DNA from: a virus
IMG/VR virus record: IMGVR_UViG_3300025695_001209
Coordinates: 8,762 to 72,761 of that record
Direction: 5' to 3' (one strand)
DNA: 64,000 nucleotides
In this document: positions 18,857 to 30,292 of the stretch, piece by piece
How the letters are laid out: each line of letters begins with the position of its first letter
Numbering within the stretch: position 1 is the stretch's first letter
Made by a program: the position numbers and the translations under genes
The notes under the pieces: model-generated
What the model saw: the letters and a program-made list of their open reading frames with translations, nothing else
Told to the model about the DNA's origin: nothing
Databases searched by the model: none

Positions 18857-21800
18857 CTATTGTGTTGATGCATACCATTTAATTGCTTTATCGAATATCG
18901 GTGTAACCTCCTCATATCTTTGTTTAATATCCTTTTCGTTTTGATTTGTAGGGTTAGTTATTATTCTATTAAATTCAGTATCTGAACTTATTTGTGAGTA
19001 ATAATACTTGATGTATATCTTAGCATATAACTCTTCATTTTTATTAACATATTGAGCCGAACCAATTTGTGACATATCATTGTAAACTGACGGAGTATTA
19101 AACGATGCCTTGATTCCGTCCATACTTTTCTTCCAATCACTAAATGACGCAATTGGTATATTTTTTCCGTTACTACTAACACATACTTGCCCTTCTAAAT
19201 CACTAATATTTAATCCCCTTATCTTTTTATTTGTTGTTAAATTACCTAAATTACCATTTTTAAAGTTCACTGTACCACTGTTAAATCCGTTTTCAATCCA
19301 TGGTATTACCCCAATTAACCTTCTAACATCATTATCATTCTGATTTAGTGATAACGTTTTAACATAATTACCAATATTACCATATGATAATGTTTCATCT
19401 CTTAATGGTACGTAAGATAGACCAGCATAATCAGTATATGGTGTACAGAATGATGAGTCCACTTCGTTAAGAGCCACAGTACTACCTGCACTGCTAACAT
19501 TGTTACCTGTATTTTGTGTGGTCTCAGTTGTCGTATTGTTAGTTTTAGGTTTCTTATAACTCGAATTAATTCTTTTTAACATGTCAATATTAACACTCAT
19601 TGTTAAATCAGTAACACTAGGGAAAGAATATTTAGAAATTCTAACACCACTAAACGTCGTCATAAAATTACCAGGACTAATACTATGTGATACATCTGTA
19701 ATCCAATATGGACCTGTGAACATAGGAACATACCTTAGGTTAAAATACATCGTAGGTTGAATCATCATATTACCCATTGAAGTAATTTGGCAGTTGTAAC
19801 TTCTGTTCTTATAAATGTTATATAAAGAGGTTGACTGTTGAGAGGTTTTAGAACCTTTACTCTGATTCGCCATATCTGTCAAAATACGGAACGATTCAGA
19901 TGTATCCTTATATTGTGACTGGTCTAAACTTACAGATTTAAATATACCCTGGTTTCTCACACCAAAGTCAACATTAAACCCAACAACCTTATTTGATGAA
20001 GCGTAATCCGTTTTATTCGTTTGATTTTCTCTAAGAACTTGTGCTTTGTAAATGTCAAAACTGTCATCACCAAACCTATAATCGGTATTTTCGGGTTGTT
20101 TCAAATGTTCCGATACCTTATCAGTATATAGACACAAGAAACGTGGTCGACTTTTATTATGGTCGACCTCTAAGAATGTACCAAACACATCAGACGCTGA
20201 ACTTTCAAAACCTTCTTCCGGCTTAGCGTCTTTAGCGGGTTCATTAACACCATAAAAATTCGTATATGACGGTAATGCCATAAATAACATATTATTACCC
20301 TTAATCAAATGACCTATTAAAGTGTAAATTGAGTTGGAAGCAGACTTATCATTAATGAAACCCATTAAACTCGATATGTCCACAATTAGTTTATCACCAA
20401 TATCTCTATTTGCCTTATCTAAAAATAAAAAATCCTCAAATAATGTCCTGTTTTGAAAATCACCACCAGCAATCCATTTATCATTTAATACTTTGAAAAA
20501 CTCATATAACTCCAATTTAGCCACATCACCGTTCATTGATGATTTTAAGTTTTCACTTTCCTCAGTAATCTTAGGTAAATCCTTATTTAATTTAGTGAAT
20601 AAATTATTTTGGACCTTTCTCTGTGAATTATCCATTAATGTTAGATATTCATTAAATAGTGACATGAACTGAGTATCAGTCATAGTTGAGTCTTGATACT
20701 TTTGAGTTGAATATATTTGAATTATAGGTGCTAACGTTCTCACATTATTTGCAGTAAATTCAATATTCATCTCCACGAAGAAATCGGTAATAGTCGAACC
20801 ACTATCACTGTAACTCATACCGTCAGCATCGTACTCGCCAACAGACAACCTTAATGCCGTCCAAGCGTCAGGATATTGTGATTCACTAATTGCCACCGTA
20901 GTTGTATTACCCATCTCGGGTAATGAATCATTAACATAGTTTCCAAATTCTATTTTTTGATTCTGTGTTTGATATTGCGGGTCATCGGTAAATGAATACC
21001 AAGAGCGTCTGTTGAAATTTGATGGGTTACCTTGTTTAAAGATGTAAGTTTTATTTAATAAAACCTTAACTGAGTCTCTTAGACCTGTCATTTGTTTTTC
21101 GGCAATTAATACACCGTCTAAATCACCCTGACCTGTTAAGTTGGGTCTTTCAACAAAAAAGATATCTCTTAACGAATTAATTAAATTTGGTTTTTCTTCA
21201 ACTTTACCTTTAATATCTACATTGTCCACATCTCGATTAGGGTCTTTACAAAAATTCAAAAACTCCTCTTCAAAACTATCCATTATTGATTCATTAAACA
21301 CCGCTAGAATTTCCTCAATGGTTGAGTATTCAGAAACGGACTCTAAATTAAAAGCCGTCTGATTATTACTGGTTATATCGATAGTCTTTATGTATTGTCT
21401 ATATGTGGGTTTTTTTAGTAAAGAAGCATCGAAATACCCATAATGTGAACCACCCCATATAGTTTTAATCGACCCATCATAAAGAGATTGTCTAATTGGT
21501 TCACCACTAATTTTACCTAACTTATCTATCACTTCAAATTGATATTGATTAAAATTACCACCTCCAGCAGAAGGGTAACATAAGACTTTTGGTGTGTTAG
21601 TTACATCATATGTTTTAGGCTTATCGTAAAAGGCATAGTACGAACTAATATTATATGTTGTGTTTCCTGACGACACATTAATTATTGAATCACTGTTTGT
21701 TGCGATTTTTAATCCATTACCATCAAAATTAGTTTTACCTTGATTATAATTAGTAAAATCTTGTTGTGTCGTACCGGTAATAAACTCATCATAACCAAAT

Positions 21801-24800
21801 AGATAATTTACACTATTAACAATTTTTGGGTAAAACCCAACATTACTAAGGTCTAAGTATGACGGTGTAGACGACACGGAAGGTAATAAGAAGTTCGTAT
21901 TTAAAACGTAATCTAAGGTAGTAGTGTCCCCATATTTAGGTATTTTATAAACCGTAGATGGATTTGGTACACCCGATAACGGACCATATAAGTCATCCTC
22001 ATCAACACTAGTCCACACATCGTCTAATATATCAATACCATCGTTAATAAACTTCTTATATCTATGCCAAACAGAACCGTATTTAACAACCCATGCATAG
22101 GGCATTTTGTGTAACGCACCAAACTTATTATATATTGCGAAGTTATAATCATCATCAGGTTTTGAATCCCCATGATTGATTTTCTCCTTTAGTGTTTGTA
22201 GTGGTAACGAATTTAAATACATATACCCCATCGATACATAAGGATTATCAATATTGTTTTTCTTATTCTCAACAGAGTTCGTTATTGAGTTTATAAAGTA
22301 TGGTGTATTAAGTAATGATGTTGTCTGATACCTCGATGTAAATCCACTGTAATCATTACCGTAATCAATTTTACCTTCAGTGGCGTAGTAATCATTATTA
22401 GTTATTGTGTTATCAAATTTTGTCTTTATAGAAGTATAACTAGGTATGTTAATGGTATCATCTGTATTATTAACCCATGAGCGTACTAAACTTGGTGTGT
22501 CTGAAAAGTCATTGAATAAATTGTTTTCATTAAATGAAGTGATGGTCATTTTACTATCAGAAAAGAACATCGAATGTGTCGTCGAGTTTGCTTGGTCCGC
22601 GTTAGGTATAGCATTACCCTTTGACACATTATTTCTTAACCACGTTAAATCAGTTAATGGATACACATCTGTGAAACTCAAAGCATCTGTTTCTGATGAT
22701 GACTTTAAGAACTCCCTCATTTTATTTTTACCATCATCTGAAACGTCAATCACGGGTGAATCGTCTTCATACTCAAACAAACTATATAACCCATAGAGTC
22801 TCTCATCATAAGCCCTTATATATGGGGTAACGAAAACATCCGCTAAATATGTGTTCCATAATTCACCGGTACCGTTGTTAGAAATATGAGAAAGAACACT
22901 TTCAAAATTTGAAGAACTGAGACCTAATCTTTTAAGTTTCATTTTTAAATATGGGTCACTCTCAATAGCGTTCTTAATGGTGATAGTTTCAAAATCGGCA
23001 GTAACTTGATAAAGATTCTGTGACGACTCTTTTTTACGATATATCTTAGTGTAGTTTGAAGATAATAGGGTTCTTTCCCATAATTCATATAAGAAATTTA
23101 CCTCACTCAAATTAGTGTAAGGTATGTTATTAAACGGAAACTCGGTAGGGTTTACAGGTATTGTTTTAATCTCCTTTTTTTGATTGGTGTAGTTGGCACT
23201 TTTTTGTTCTTCTCTTTTTTGAAGCTTACCCTTTATAAACTCTTCAATAAACTTAACCTCAGGCCACTTATCAAATAGATACGCCTTAGTTTTAAACTCT
23301 ATCTTAGGGTCACCAATATATTTTACAACGTATTTTTCGTTACCATCTTCATCTATTTCAGACTCAAAATACTGAGGCCAAGGATAAATTGTCTTATCAT
23401 TGTCAGTTGTAGACAATACAGTATCTTTAGAGTCAACTCCATTGGATGTTTGCTCATTGACAATTACATCTTGTCTAATAGGGTCATCTTTTACATTCCA
23501 TGCATCTCTGTGTACCTCATCCATCAGTCGATAAAATGCATCAACATTTGCCATTAACATACCCATTACATTCCTAATTGTCGGTCTAAAACCTAATCCA
23601 CCATCAGGACTTTCAACTTTTTGAGCCAACGCAGTTGATAACTCTTTTTGTATCGTTTCCGATTTATCGGTAAAAATTCTCTCAATCTTATCAATCTTAC
23701 TTAAGAACGAACCTGATAAAGTTTCTTTCTTATTAGTTACCTGACCAAAACCATAAAACTGAGAACTTAATTCCTCATCAACCGTTAAGTCCTTATTTAA
23801 ATATTTGTTTTGTAATTCAAAGTATGAGGTAGTTTCAATATTAAATGCTGCCAACTCACTTTCTGTCGGTGTTGCGTTTTTTTGTCTTTGAAAAGTTTTT
23901 TCGATATCAACGTTTTCGTAAACCAAATCAAATTTTAAATCATTACTTGATATAGTAACTGGTATGTCTGAAGATTGTTTTTTACCCAAAATTGTGTATT
24001 CCCCATCTTCTCCAAACGTGGCATTTGTTAATAATTTTTCATTAAATTCGTTAATCTTAGCAACTAATTGTGCTTCAGCATCTTTTTGCTGTTGTAAACC
24101 GTTAGCACCTTTTTTAAGACCATAAAATACATTACCCTTTTTATCTATAAATGTCTTAGTAGTATCCAAATATTCAAATGGCCACCTTTTCGAACGGAAT
24201 ACGGTTATATATTCACGATAACTTCTTATTGTTTTCCTATATAAATCAATATCATTTAATACTGATAAATCTTCTTTACTAAATTGTTGTCTAATAAAAT
24301 CCTCCAACCCATTTAACCTAGACCCCAATTCTGATAAATTTAATCTAGGAATCGATTCGTCAATTAACCCTTTAGAAATATATGTTGAGTACACATCACT
24401 AATGACTTTACTCCCACGAGTCACAACGATTGGTTTTGTAGAGACCTCACTATTACCCGCAGCGTTTTGTGCTATTTGTGCCAAATCTTGGGTACCTAAC
24501 ACTTTATTTAATGATGTCAAATCTCCGTTATAATCTGAAGGGTCCTCGTTACTATCAACCAATAAATTAGTCTCATACATATGTGGTAAGGCAAATAACG
24601 CACCAATCGATAAATCTGATAATATTGCAGCGGTACGTCCTATAAAAGAAACAGAAACCTTGTAGTTACCATCTGTTGGGTCAAATCGTGCATTAAAGCT
24701 TTTCATCATCAACTCATAACGTACTGCTTTACCATAAAACCCTTTTACGGTTAAAAAGAATAATGGATATGGCATTTGTAAAAATGCCGAATATGGTGAG

Positions 24801-25330
24801 TTTTCACCTAATTCAAACAACGTCCTTCCCTGTACATCAATCATCTCAATATCCACTTGAGGTATATACGACGCATTGTTTTTAATGTTAATACTTGTAA
24901 TACCTAAAAGTTGAGTATCTTGTGAATTGTTAACTACCGAACCCTCTTCAGTAATCCTTGTTTGATTGATACCATTACCATTTAATGAGTTCTGACCAGT
25001 TAATTGGTCTGTATATGAGGTATCTAAATACTTTTTACCCTGTGGTTTTAAAAAGTTTACCTTACCATCTTCATTACCCCCAAAGTTCGCAATTTTTAAA
25101 TTTTTACCCATTTGGTCAGTATTCTCACCTAAAGCTAGCTTGGTTCTTGGTATCATTTTAGCCTCCAAATTCGCATACATTACTAAGTTCTCATGCTGAA
25201 CTAATCTTTCAATTTGTTTACCGTCCGAGTCAAGGACCTTATTAGGGTCAACTAAGACAATATTATCAAATTGGTCAAAGGCTATTTTTTCACCCCCGTA
25301 AAAACTTCTGAAATTCTTATTAACGGCCAT
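18857..25330 (-). CDS. Giant baseplate hub protein (gp27/gpD-like termini), possible C-terminal muralytic domain
   Basis: 2157 aa. MGNMMIQP...GPYWITDVSHSI...FMTTFSGVR resembles hub C-terminal strands. Follows the gp53-like gene. Confidence 0.6.
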   Translation of the reverse strand: MAVNKNFRSFYGGEKIAFDQFDNIVLVDPNKVLDSDGKQIERLVQHENLVMYANLEAKMIPRTKLALGENTDQMGKNLKIANFGGNEDGKVNFLKPQGKKYLDTSYTDQLTGQNSLNGNGINQTRITEEGSVVNNSQDTQLLGITSINIKNNASYIPQVDIEMIDVQGRTLFELGENSPYSAFLQMPYPLFFLTVKGFYGKAVRYELMMKSFNARFDPTDGNYKVSVSFIGRTAAILSDLSIGALFALPHMYETNLLVDSNEDPSDYNGDLTSLNKVLGTQDLAQIAQNAAGNSEVSTKPIVVTRGSKVISDVYSTYISKGLIDESIPRLNLSELGSRLNGLEDFIRQQFSKEDLSVLNDIDLYRKTIRSYREYITVFRSKRWPFEYLDTTKTFIDKKGNVFYGLKKGANGLQQQKDAEAQLVAKINEFNEKLLTNATFGEDGEYTILGKKQSSDIPVTISSNDLKFDLVYENVDIEKTFQRQKNATPTESELAAFNIETTSYFELQNKYLNKDLTVDEELSSQFYGFGQVTNKKETLSGSFLSKIDKIERIFTDKSETIQKELSTALAQKVESPDGGLGFRPTIRNVMGMLMANVDAFYRLMDEVHRDAWNVKDDPIRQDVIVNEQTSNGVDSKDTVLSTTDNDKTIYPWPQYFESEIDEDGNEKYVVKYIGDPKIEFKTKAYLFDKWPEVKFIEEFIKGKLQKREEQKSANYTNQKKEIKTIPVNPTEFPFNNIPYTNLSEVNFLYELWERTLLSSNYTKIYRKKESSQNLYQVTADFETITIKNAIESDPYLKMKLKRLGLSSSNFESVLSHISNNGTGELWNTYLADVFVTPYIRAYDERLYGLYSLFEYEDDSPVIDVSDDGKNKMREFLKSSSETDALSFTDVYPLTDLTWLRNNVSKGNAIPNADQANSTTHSMFFSDSKMTITSFNENNLFNDFSDTPSLVRSWVNNTDDTINIPSYTSIKTKFDNTITNNDYYATEGKIDYGNDYSGFTSRYQTTSLLNTPYFINSITNSVENKKNNIDNPYVSMGYMYLNSLPLQTLKEKINHGDSKPDDDYNFAIYNKFGALHKMPYAWVVKYGSVWHRYKKFINDGIDILDDVWTSVDEDDLYGPLSGVPNPSTVYKIPKYGDTTTLDYVLNTNFLLPSVSSTPSYLDLSNVGFYPKIVNSVNYLFGYDEFITGTTQQDFTNYNQGKTNFDGNGLKIATNSDSIINVSSGNTTYNISSYYAFYDKPKTYDVTNTPKVLCYPSAGGGNFNQYQFEVIDKLGKISGEPIRQSLYDGSIKTIWGGSHYGYFDASLLKKPTYRQYIKTIDITSNNQTAFNLESVSEYSTIEEILAVFNESIMDSFEEEFLNFCKDPNRDVDNVDIKGKVEEKPNLINSLRDIFFVERPNLTGQGDLDGVLIAEKQMTGLRDSVKVLLNKTYIFKQGNPSNFNRRSWYSFTDDPQYQTQNQKIEFGNYVNDSLPEMGNTTTVAISESQYPDAWTALRLSVGEYDADGMSYSDSGSTITDFFVEMNIEFTANNVRTLAPIIQIYSTQKYQDSTMTDTQFMSLFNEYLTLMDNSQRKVQNNLFTKLNKDLPKITEESENLKSSMNGDVAKLELYEFFKVLNDKWIAGGDFQNRTLFEDFLFLDKANRDIGDKLIVDISSLMGFINDKSASNSIYTLIGHLIKGNNMLFMALPSYTNFYGVNEPAKDAKPEEGFESSASDVFGTFLEVDHNKSRPRFLCLYTDKVSEHLKQPENTDYRFGDDSFDIYKAQVLRENQTNKTDYASSNKVVGFNVDFGVRNQGIFKSVSLDQSQYKDTSESFRILTDMANQSKGSKTSQQSTSLYNIYKNRSYNCQITSMGNMMIQPTMYFNLRYVPMFTGPYWITDVSHSISPGNFMTTFSGVRISKYSFPSVTDLTMSVNIDMLKRINSSYKKPKTNNTTTETTQNTGNNVSSAGSTVALNEVDSSFCTPYTDYAGLSYVPLRDETLSYGNIGNYVKTLSLNQNDNDVRRLIGVIPWIENGFNSGTVNFKNGNLGNLTTNKKIRGLNISDLEGQVCVSSNGKNIPIASFSDWKKSMDGIKASFNTPSVYNDMSQIGSAQYVNKNEELYAKIYIKYYYSQISSDTEFNRIITNPTNQNEKDIKQRYEEVTPIFDKAIKWYASTQ

Positions 25331-25637
25331 AGTAATAGAAGTGTGTGTCTAAAGTGTTTTTATAATCTTGTAATGATTGTACCAATGGAAATGGAATTAT
25401 CAATACGGACCCATCTGGAATATCTTTTTCTAAACTACCGTGCTGTGGGTTGGCCATTTGTATTAACCACCCAAAGTAAGGTGTCTGATAAAACTCAAAA
25501 CTAATTTTATCTAATCTACTCACATCTGCTTTATAAACATACCTCTTATCTGTAGTTTTTGAAGGCAAAACTATATTTGGTACAACAGTTTGTTGTCCAT
25601 TCAATAAAAACTTCTGATATCTATCGTAATACCTCAT
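25320..25637 (-). CDS. Baseplate wedge protein (gp53 / LysM-like)
   Basis: RLDKISFEFYQTPYFGWLIQMANP...IPDGSVLIIP. Confidence 0.8.
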   Translation of the reverse strand: MRYYDRYQKFLLNGQQTVVPNIVLPSKTTDKRYVYKADVSRLDKISFEFYQTPYFGWLIQMANPQHGSLEKDIPDGSVLIIPFPLVQSLQDYKNTLDTHFYYYGR

Positions 25638-28600
25638 TATTGTAGTTTTACTTTATTATTCCATTTAGTTAGGTCACCTTCGTTATTACCCGAATATAGT
25701 TTTTGTATTTTTTCGGTATCAGTATTAGGTGGTGTTGGGTTATTAGTAAATGTAAATTCCCTTACTTTATCTTTTGTGTAAGGTATATCTCTAAATTCAC
25801 TTGTTGAGTCAACCTTATCATTATACGATTCAAATAGTTTATTAATTTCAGTCCGTGCCTTTTCAAAGTCTTTTAACCCATTATTAACGTTATTAGTTAT
25901 ATTAGTTATCCATTCTTTTGGATTTTTAAAATTATTTTCTTTAACTAACTTTGTTAACTCTTCAATTAAGGTAACACTATTATCTAAAATATACCTATAG
26001 AATGTTAAGTAATATCTTTTAAGTGGTTCATCAGTAAAATCAGAAACCATTATCGTCATACTTAAATCTTTTTGGTACACATTATTTGAATTTTCAGGTG
26101 CTAATATTTCAAAACTATTACCATTAACAGTATAAACTTTTTCCCCATTAATAGAGTATAGTTTGTTTAACTTATCACTAATAATTTTTAAGTCTCCTCG
26201 TAGTTCATCCAACGTGTCAGTATAGTTTGTCGATGGATACACTTGTGTTGTCGCAGTTAAATCATAAATTACTGTTTTATCTGATTGTATAAACCCATCA
26301 ATTTCTTCATTGACAACATTCATCTTATCTATTATCCTGGTTAACTCTAACTCATAAGTTGTTAATGTTTGTAAATCAACAACCATTTCTGACTCAAAAT
26401 TACTTTGTAATCTATTAATAATTTCCTTTAGTTTTCTATCGTATTTTTTTACGTCTTTATTTTTAAAACTATTACTATTACTAAAAGTTTTATTTAGACC
26501 CGCAAACTGTAAAGGGTGTACATCATTATCGACATCATCAATAGCTTTACTAAACTGATATTGTATTTTATCAACTAACTTTTCTGATTTACCGAAAATC
26601 TTAGTGTTATTACCAATTATATCACCCTCAACATATTTCATGTCTTTAGTAAATAACCTCAGTCCAATCTCCCCGTAACTCTCAGCAACACACTGTAATG
26701 TTGGACCTACAGAGTCCCTATATGTCTCATACTTAACTATTAAATCATTCATTATAGATTTATAGTTAATAACACCAGTAATCGATGTCCCTGAGTTTGA
26801 TAACACTTGACTTGTTATTTCACCAATAGTTGACCCCCCATCTTTAGCATCCACACCACTAACATCATTTATACTAAATGGTACTTCTGGTAATATCGAT
26901 AATAACGAAGGTAGAGTTTCAGCGTCTTCTGGTACGACAGACCTCTCATCATACATCTCAGTATTTGCATAATAATTGAATGATAGAGCGTTTTGTAATC
27001 TATCAATAGGACCTTTTAATCCGTGTCCACCGATAAAATAAAAAGATAACGTAACATCCGCAATCATCGGTTGTACACCAATACCTTCAGGATTAAGGTC
27101 TAACACTAATGGGTCGTACCTAACACTCATTTGATTAATAGCTATTTTTGTGTGAAAGAAGTCACCTACCCTTAATACACATATTGGTGGTGAACCGAAT
27201 GACGTGTTTAACGCATTATTTTCCAAAGGTTGACCATCAGGCCCAATTGTTGGTATTGTGTCACCAGGTCTCATACATTGTTGTAAGAATGTAAGTCTGG
27301 TGTTTAACCCTTCTGGTGTCATTGAATGGAATGTTGGGTTAAAGTATTTAATCTTTTCTTTAATACCTTCATATAAGAAAGAGGTATCTTCTGACATTGC
27401 CTCAAAATAATCACACTCTGAAAGTAATTTTCTCAATACTTTTTTAGTGATTCCTTCACGTATCGATATCTCATCAGTCGTTCTAGGAGCTCCTTTACCT
27501 TTTTCAATTACAGGTACTTTATCAACCACAGTATCAACTTTAACAATGTCCTCGTCCGTTGGTTCTTTTTCTTCAATCGGAGGTGCAGTCAATTCAATTG
27601 ACTTAATCGTAGTTCTACGACATGCCATAGCATCTATTGAATAAATTTTAGCAACTTCATCTGTGATTTCTTTAGAGCAATCAACACCGTCAATTGTTGT
27701 TTCTTCACCTGTGAAATCTCTTTGGATACCAATTAAACCATTTTCATTAAGTTTTTTTATTCTCGAGTCATTCAATATTTGTTGTTCAACTGAATCGACC
27801 CTTCTTTTAGATAAATTAACATTATAACTTTTATCATTTGGTGACGACGCAGAACCGGTTAATTTTATCTGAACTCTATATTTGTTAGTTGCAACTTCAA
27901 CTAACTTATCAATTAACGAATCGAGTTGTGTTTTTCCCGCTTTAATATTATTATCAAAGAAGGTTTGAACCTGTTGTTTTTGACCTATTGAGTCAGATTG
28001 TGTCAAGTACTCACTTTCAAGTGCAAGATAATTGTTATAAGTGGTATTATATGGTACTGATGATGTAACACCTCGTGACCTTGAGTCTGGCTTATCGTTA
28101 TGGAAATACAACTTAGTACCCTCAAACTGTGATAAGTCAGGTTTCTGAGGTGTTTCTGTCGTAACATTATCGGGTTCGGGGTTTTGTCTTGGTACCTCAA
28201 CAAAGGACTCTCTAAATACATCAGGATTGTTTGTTTTACTGACAACTTCATATATGTCATTAAAACTTAATTGACCATATTTTCTTGCCAGTTCGTAAAT
28301 ATCCATTGTCTTACAACCAGCAAAGAAACTATCAACAATTTTAGTAACCTGTGAGTCGGGAGTGACATTAGCTAACTCTTTATCTACTAAAGTGTTTAAA
28401 ACTGAAGGGTGGTCCACTAAGATTTTAAACGATATTGAACCTTGTCTTTGAGTATTAGAATACGTATATATTGGTTCAGGTCGACCTAAAAAGTCATTAG
28501 ATGTCCAACTGGCACTAACACTTTCATCAACACTTAAATTATACGGTGGAAACCACATTACTCTACCCCCATTTGGTCCTTTCTCACACTCAGCTAAATC

Positions 28601-30247
28601 TTGAGTCATATTGGACGTTCTCCAAGCTAAATTCTCAATAGACAACATATATTTAGTGATATTCTCACCATCTTTAGTACCAAAGTTCGTTGGTACTCCC
28701 CCTGATTTTTGTGGGGCAATATTTAAATTATATGTATTATCCAAGACAGAGTTCGTAAATTTACGTATATTACCATCTCTTTTTTGTAGGTCTGCCATTG
28801 TATAGTATGGTGTGTCTTTTGTAAAGACACGACAATATTCCTCACCAACAAAAGCACCGTTTTCATTAACGTATCTTTTAACTCTCGAACCTTTCGTTAT
28901 TTCACGTGTCCCATCGAAAAATACTTTTGAAACTTGATTAATCGCAGTACCAACATGACTTAATCTGGCTTGACCTTGTAATCCATCGGCCGAATCAACT
29001 AACCTTTGAGTGTCGTCTAAAATTGAACCCTCAGTTAAATTAAAACCGTTTGATGACGATGAATTAAATTGAGAACTAATAGGTTGAAATCCTGGGTCAC
29101 TACCTTTTATATCTCCACCTCCACCTACTTTTTTTCCAGCTGCTTTACTACTATCAGGTGACACCCATGTGAACCCTCCTTGTATGTCAGGATTATCACT
29201 TGGTTCAACAGTATTAAGACCAAACTTAAACTGATTACCCTCGTATAATGTTGCTAACTCACCATAACCTCTAACTGCCGTCTGTACTCTATTACCGTCC
29301 ATATCAACAGGTAACTCGTTAGGTGGTGCAATAATATCATTAGGGTCTTGAGTTCGTTTACCAACATAGTAGTTACCATTAGGGGCCAGTAAGTTAAGGT
29401 CCGAAATAAAATTACCCTTATAATCAGGTCTAAATCTATTATACTCTAAAGACTTAAACATTGTGGATGTTTGACCTCGTCCTGTATTATTAAGGAATAT
29501 ATCGGAACCATTCTTTTTTTCAGGTAATAATTTACCTCCACCAAATAAATTAGATACGGCATTTACAGCTAAATTAGTGTAAACCTTTTTACCTTCGAAA
29601 TAATCACCAGGTATCCAAGAAAACGGAACATAAACACCCGTTATTCTACTTATGAAATCTAAACCTTTACCAACGATATTTGTAGGTGAAGATATTGTCC
29701 AATCAGGCTCGATTAGTTCTTGTCGACCAGTTAGTATATCTGCAGCAATAAAAGGGTCTTTTAATGCATTAAGAAAGTTTGCTCGACCCAACGTCTCTTG
29801 TCTTATTTCTTCATCGACACGATACTGAAATTCATCCTTCAATGATTTAGCACCAATTTGAATCATTGCAGAATCTTGAGTCAATGAACCATTAGTACCT
29901 TCTGGGTCATCATTTAATAGAATACTTGCACTCGTATAACTTGAAGAGACAAACTTATAATACGTTTCCCTTGTTGAAACTAATTTTTGGACGTCCTGAA
30001 CAGTATACCTGTCATCGTAACCCCCTTCAGGACCATATTGGTTTTGTAGAAATAATTTAACTTCCTCAACATCCCCAATATTCTCAACCTCATCACTGTC
30101 AGTGACAGTGTAGTTTGAAAGTATTAACTCAGACTGACCTGGATTTGTAGAAGGTGAAAAACCATCACTATTAAAAGGTGGTAGGTTTTTGACCAACAGT
30201 TTTTTTCTGAAGTCTTCTGTGGAATTAAATGATAATGGACTTGGCAT
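25637..30247 (-). CDS. Baseplate/tail-tube initiator-like protein with internal OmpA-like domain
   Basis: Tube-initiator-like segments (WFPPY...GRPEPIYTYSNTQR; PPICVLRVGDF...QPMIADVTLSF) flank LTGSAS...YNVNLSKRRVDSV. Confidence 0.7.
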   Translation of the reverse strand: MPSPLSFNSTEDFRKKLLVKNLPPFNSDGFSPSTNPGQSELILSNYTVTDSDEVENIGDVEEVKLFLQNQYGPEGGYDDRYTVQDVQKLVSTRETYYKFVSSSYTSASILLNDDPEGTNGSLTQDSAMIQIGAKSLKDEFQYRVDEEIRQETLGRANFLNALKDPFIAADILTGRQELIEPDWTISSPTNIVGKGLDFISRITGVYVPFSWIPGDYFEGKKVYTNLAVNAVSNLFGGGKLLPEKKNGSDIFLNNTGRGQTSTMFKSLEYNRFRPDYKGNFISDLNLLAPNGNYYVGKRTQDPNDIIAPPNELPVDMDGNRVQTAVRGYGELATLYEGNQFKFGLNTVEPSDNPDIQGGFTWVSPDSSKAAGKKVGGGGDIKGSDPGFQPISSQFNSSSSNGFNLTEGSILDDTQRLVDSADGLQGQARLSHVGTAINQVSKVFFDGTREITKGSRVKRYVNENGAFVGEEYCRVFTKDTPYYTMADLQKRDGNIRKFTNSVLDNTYNLNIAPQKSGGVPTNFGTKDGENITKYMLSIENLAWRTSNMTQDLAECEKGPNGGRVMWFPPYNLSVDESVSASWTSNDFLGRPEPIYTYSNTQRQGSISFKILVDHPSVLNTLVDKELANVTPDSQVTKIVDSFFAGCKTMDIYELARKYGQLSFNDIYEVVSKTNNPDVFRESFVEVPRQNPEPDNVTTETPQKPDLSQFEGTKLYFHNDKPDSRSRGVTSSVPYNTTYNNYLALESEYLTQSDSIGQKQQVQTFFDNNIKAGKTQLDSLIDKLVEVATNKYRVQIKLTGSASSPNDKSYNVNLSKRRVDSVEQQILNDSRIKKLNENGLIGIQRDFTGEETTIDGVDCSKEITDEVAKIYSIDAMACRRTTIKSIELTAPPIEEKEPTDEDIVKVDTVVDKVPVIEKGKGAPRTTDEISIREGITKKVLRKLLSECDYFEAMSEDTSFLYEGIKEKIKYFNPTFHSMTPEGLNTRLTFLQQCMRPGDTIPTIGPDGQPLENNALNTSFGSPPICVLRVGDFFHTKIAINQMSVRYDPLVLDLNPEGIGVQPMIADVTLSFYFIGGHGLKGPIDRLQNALSFNYYANTEMYDERSVVPEDAETLPSLLSILPEVPFSINDVSGVDAKDGGSTIGEITSQVLSNSGTSITGVINYKSIMNDLIVKYETYRDSVGPTLQCVAESYGEIGLRLFTKDMKYVEGDIIGNNTKIFGKSEKLVDKIQYQFSKAIDDVDNDVHPLQFAGLNKTFSNSNSFKNKDVKKYDRKLKEIINRLQSNFESEMVVDLQTLTTYELELTRIIDKMNVVNEEIDGFIQSDKTVIYDLTATTQVYPSTNYTDTLDELRGDLKIISDKLNKLYSINGEKVYTVNGNSFEILAPENSNNVYQKDLSMTIMVSDFTDEPLKRYYLTFYRYILDNSVTLIEELTKLVKENNFKNPKEWITNITNNVNNGLKDFEKARTEINKLFESYNDKVDSTSEFRDIPYTKDKVREFTFTNNPTPPNTDTEKIQKLYSGNNEGDLTKWNNKVKLQ

Positions 30248-30292
30248 CTATTTTAGTTTACTATATAAATAGACGAATTACTTATTTTATGA

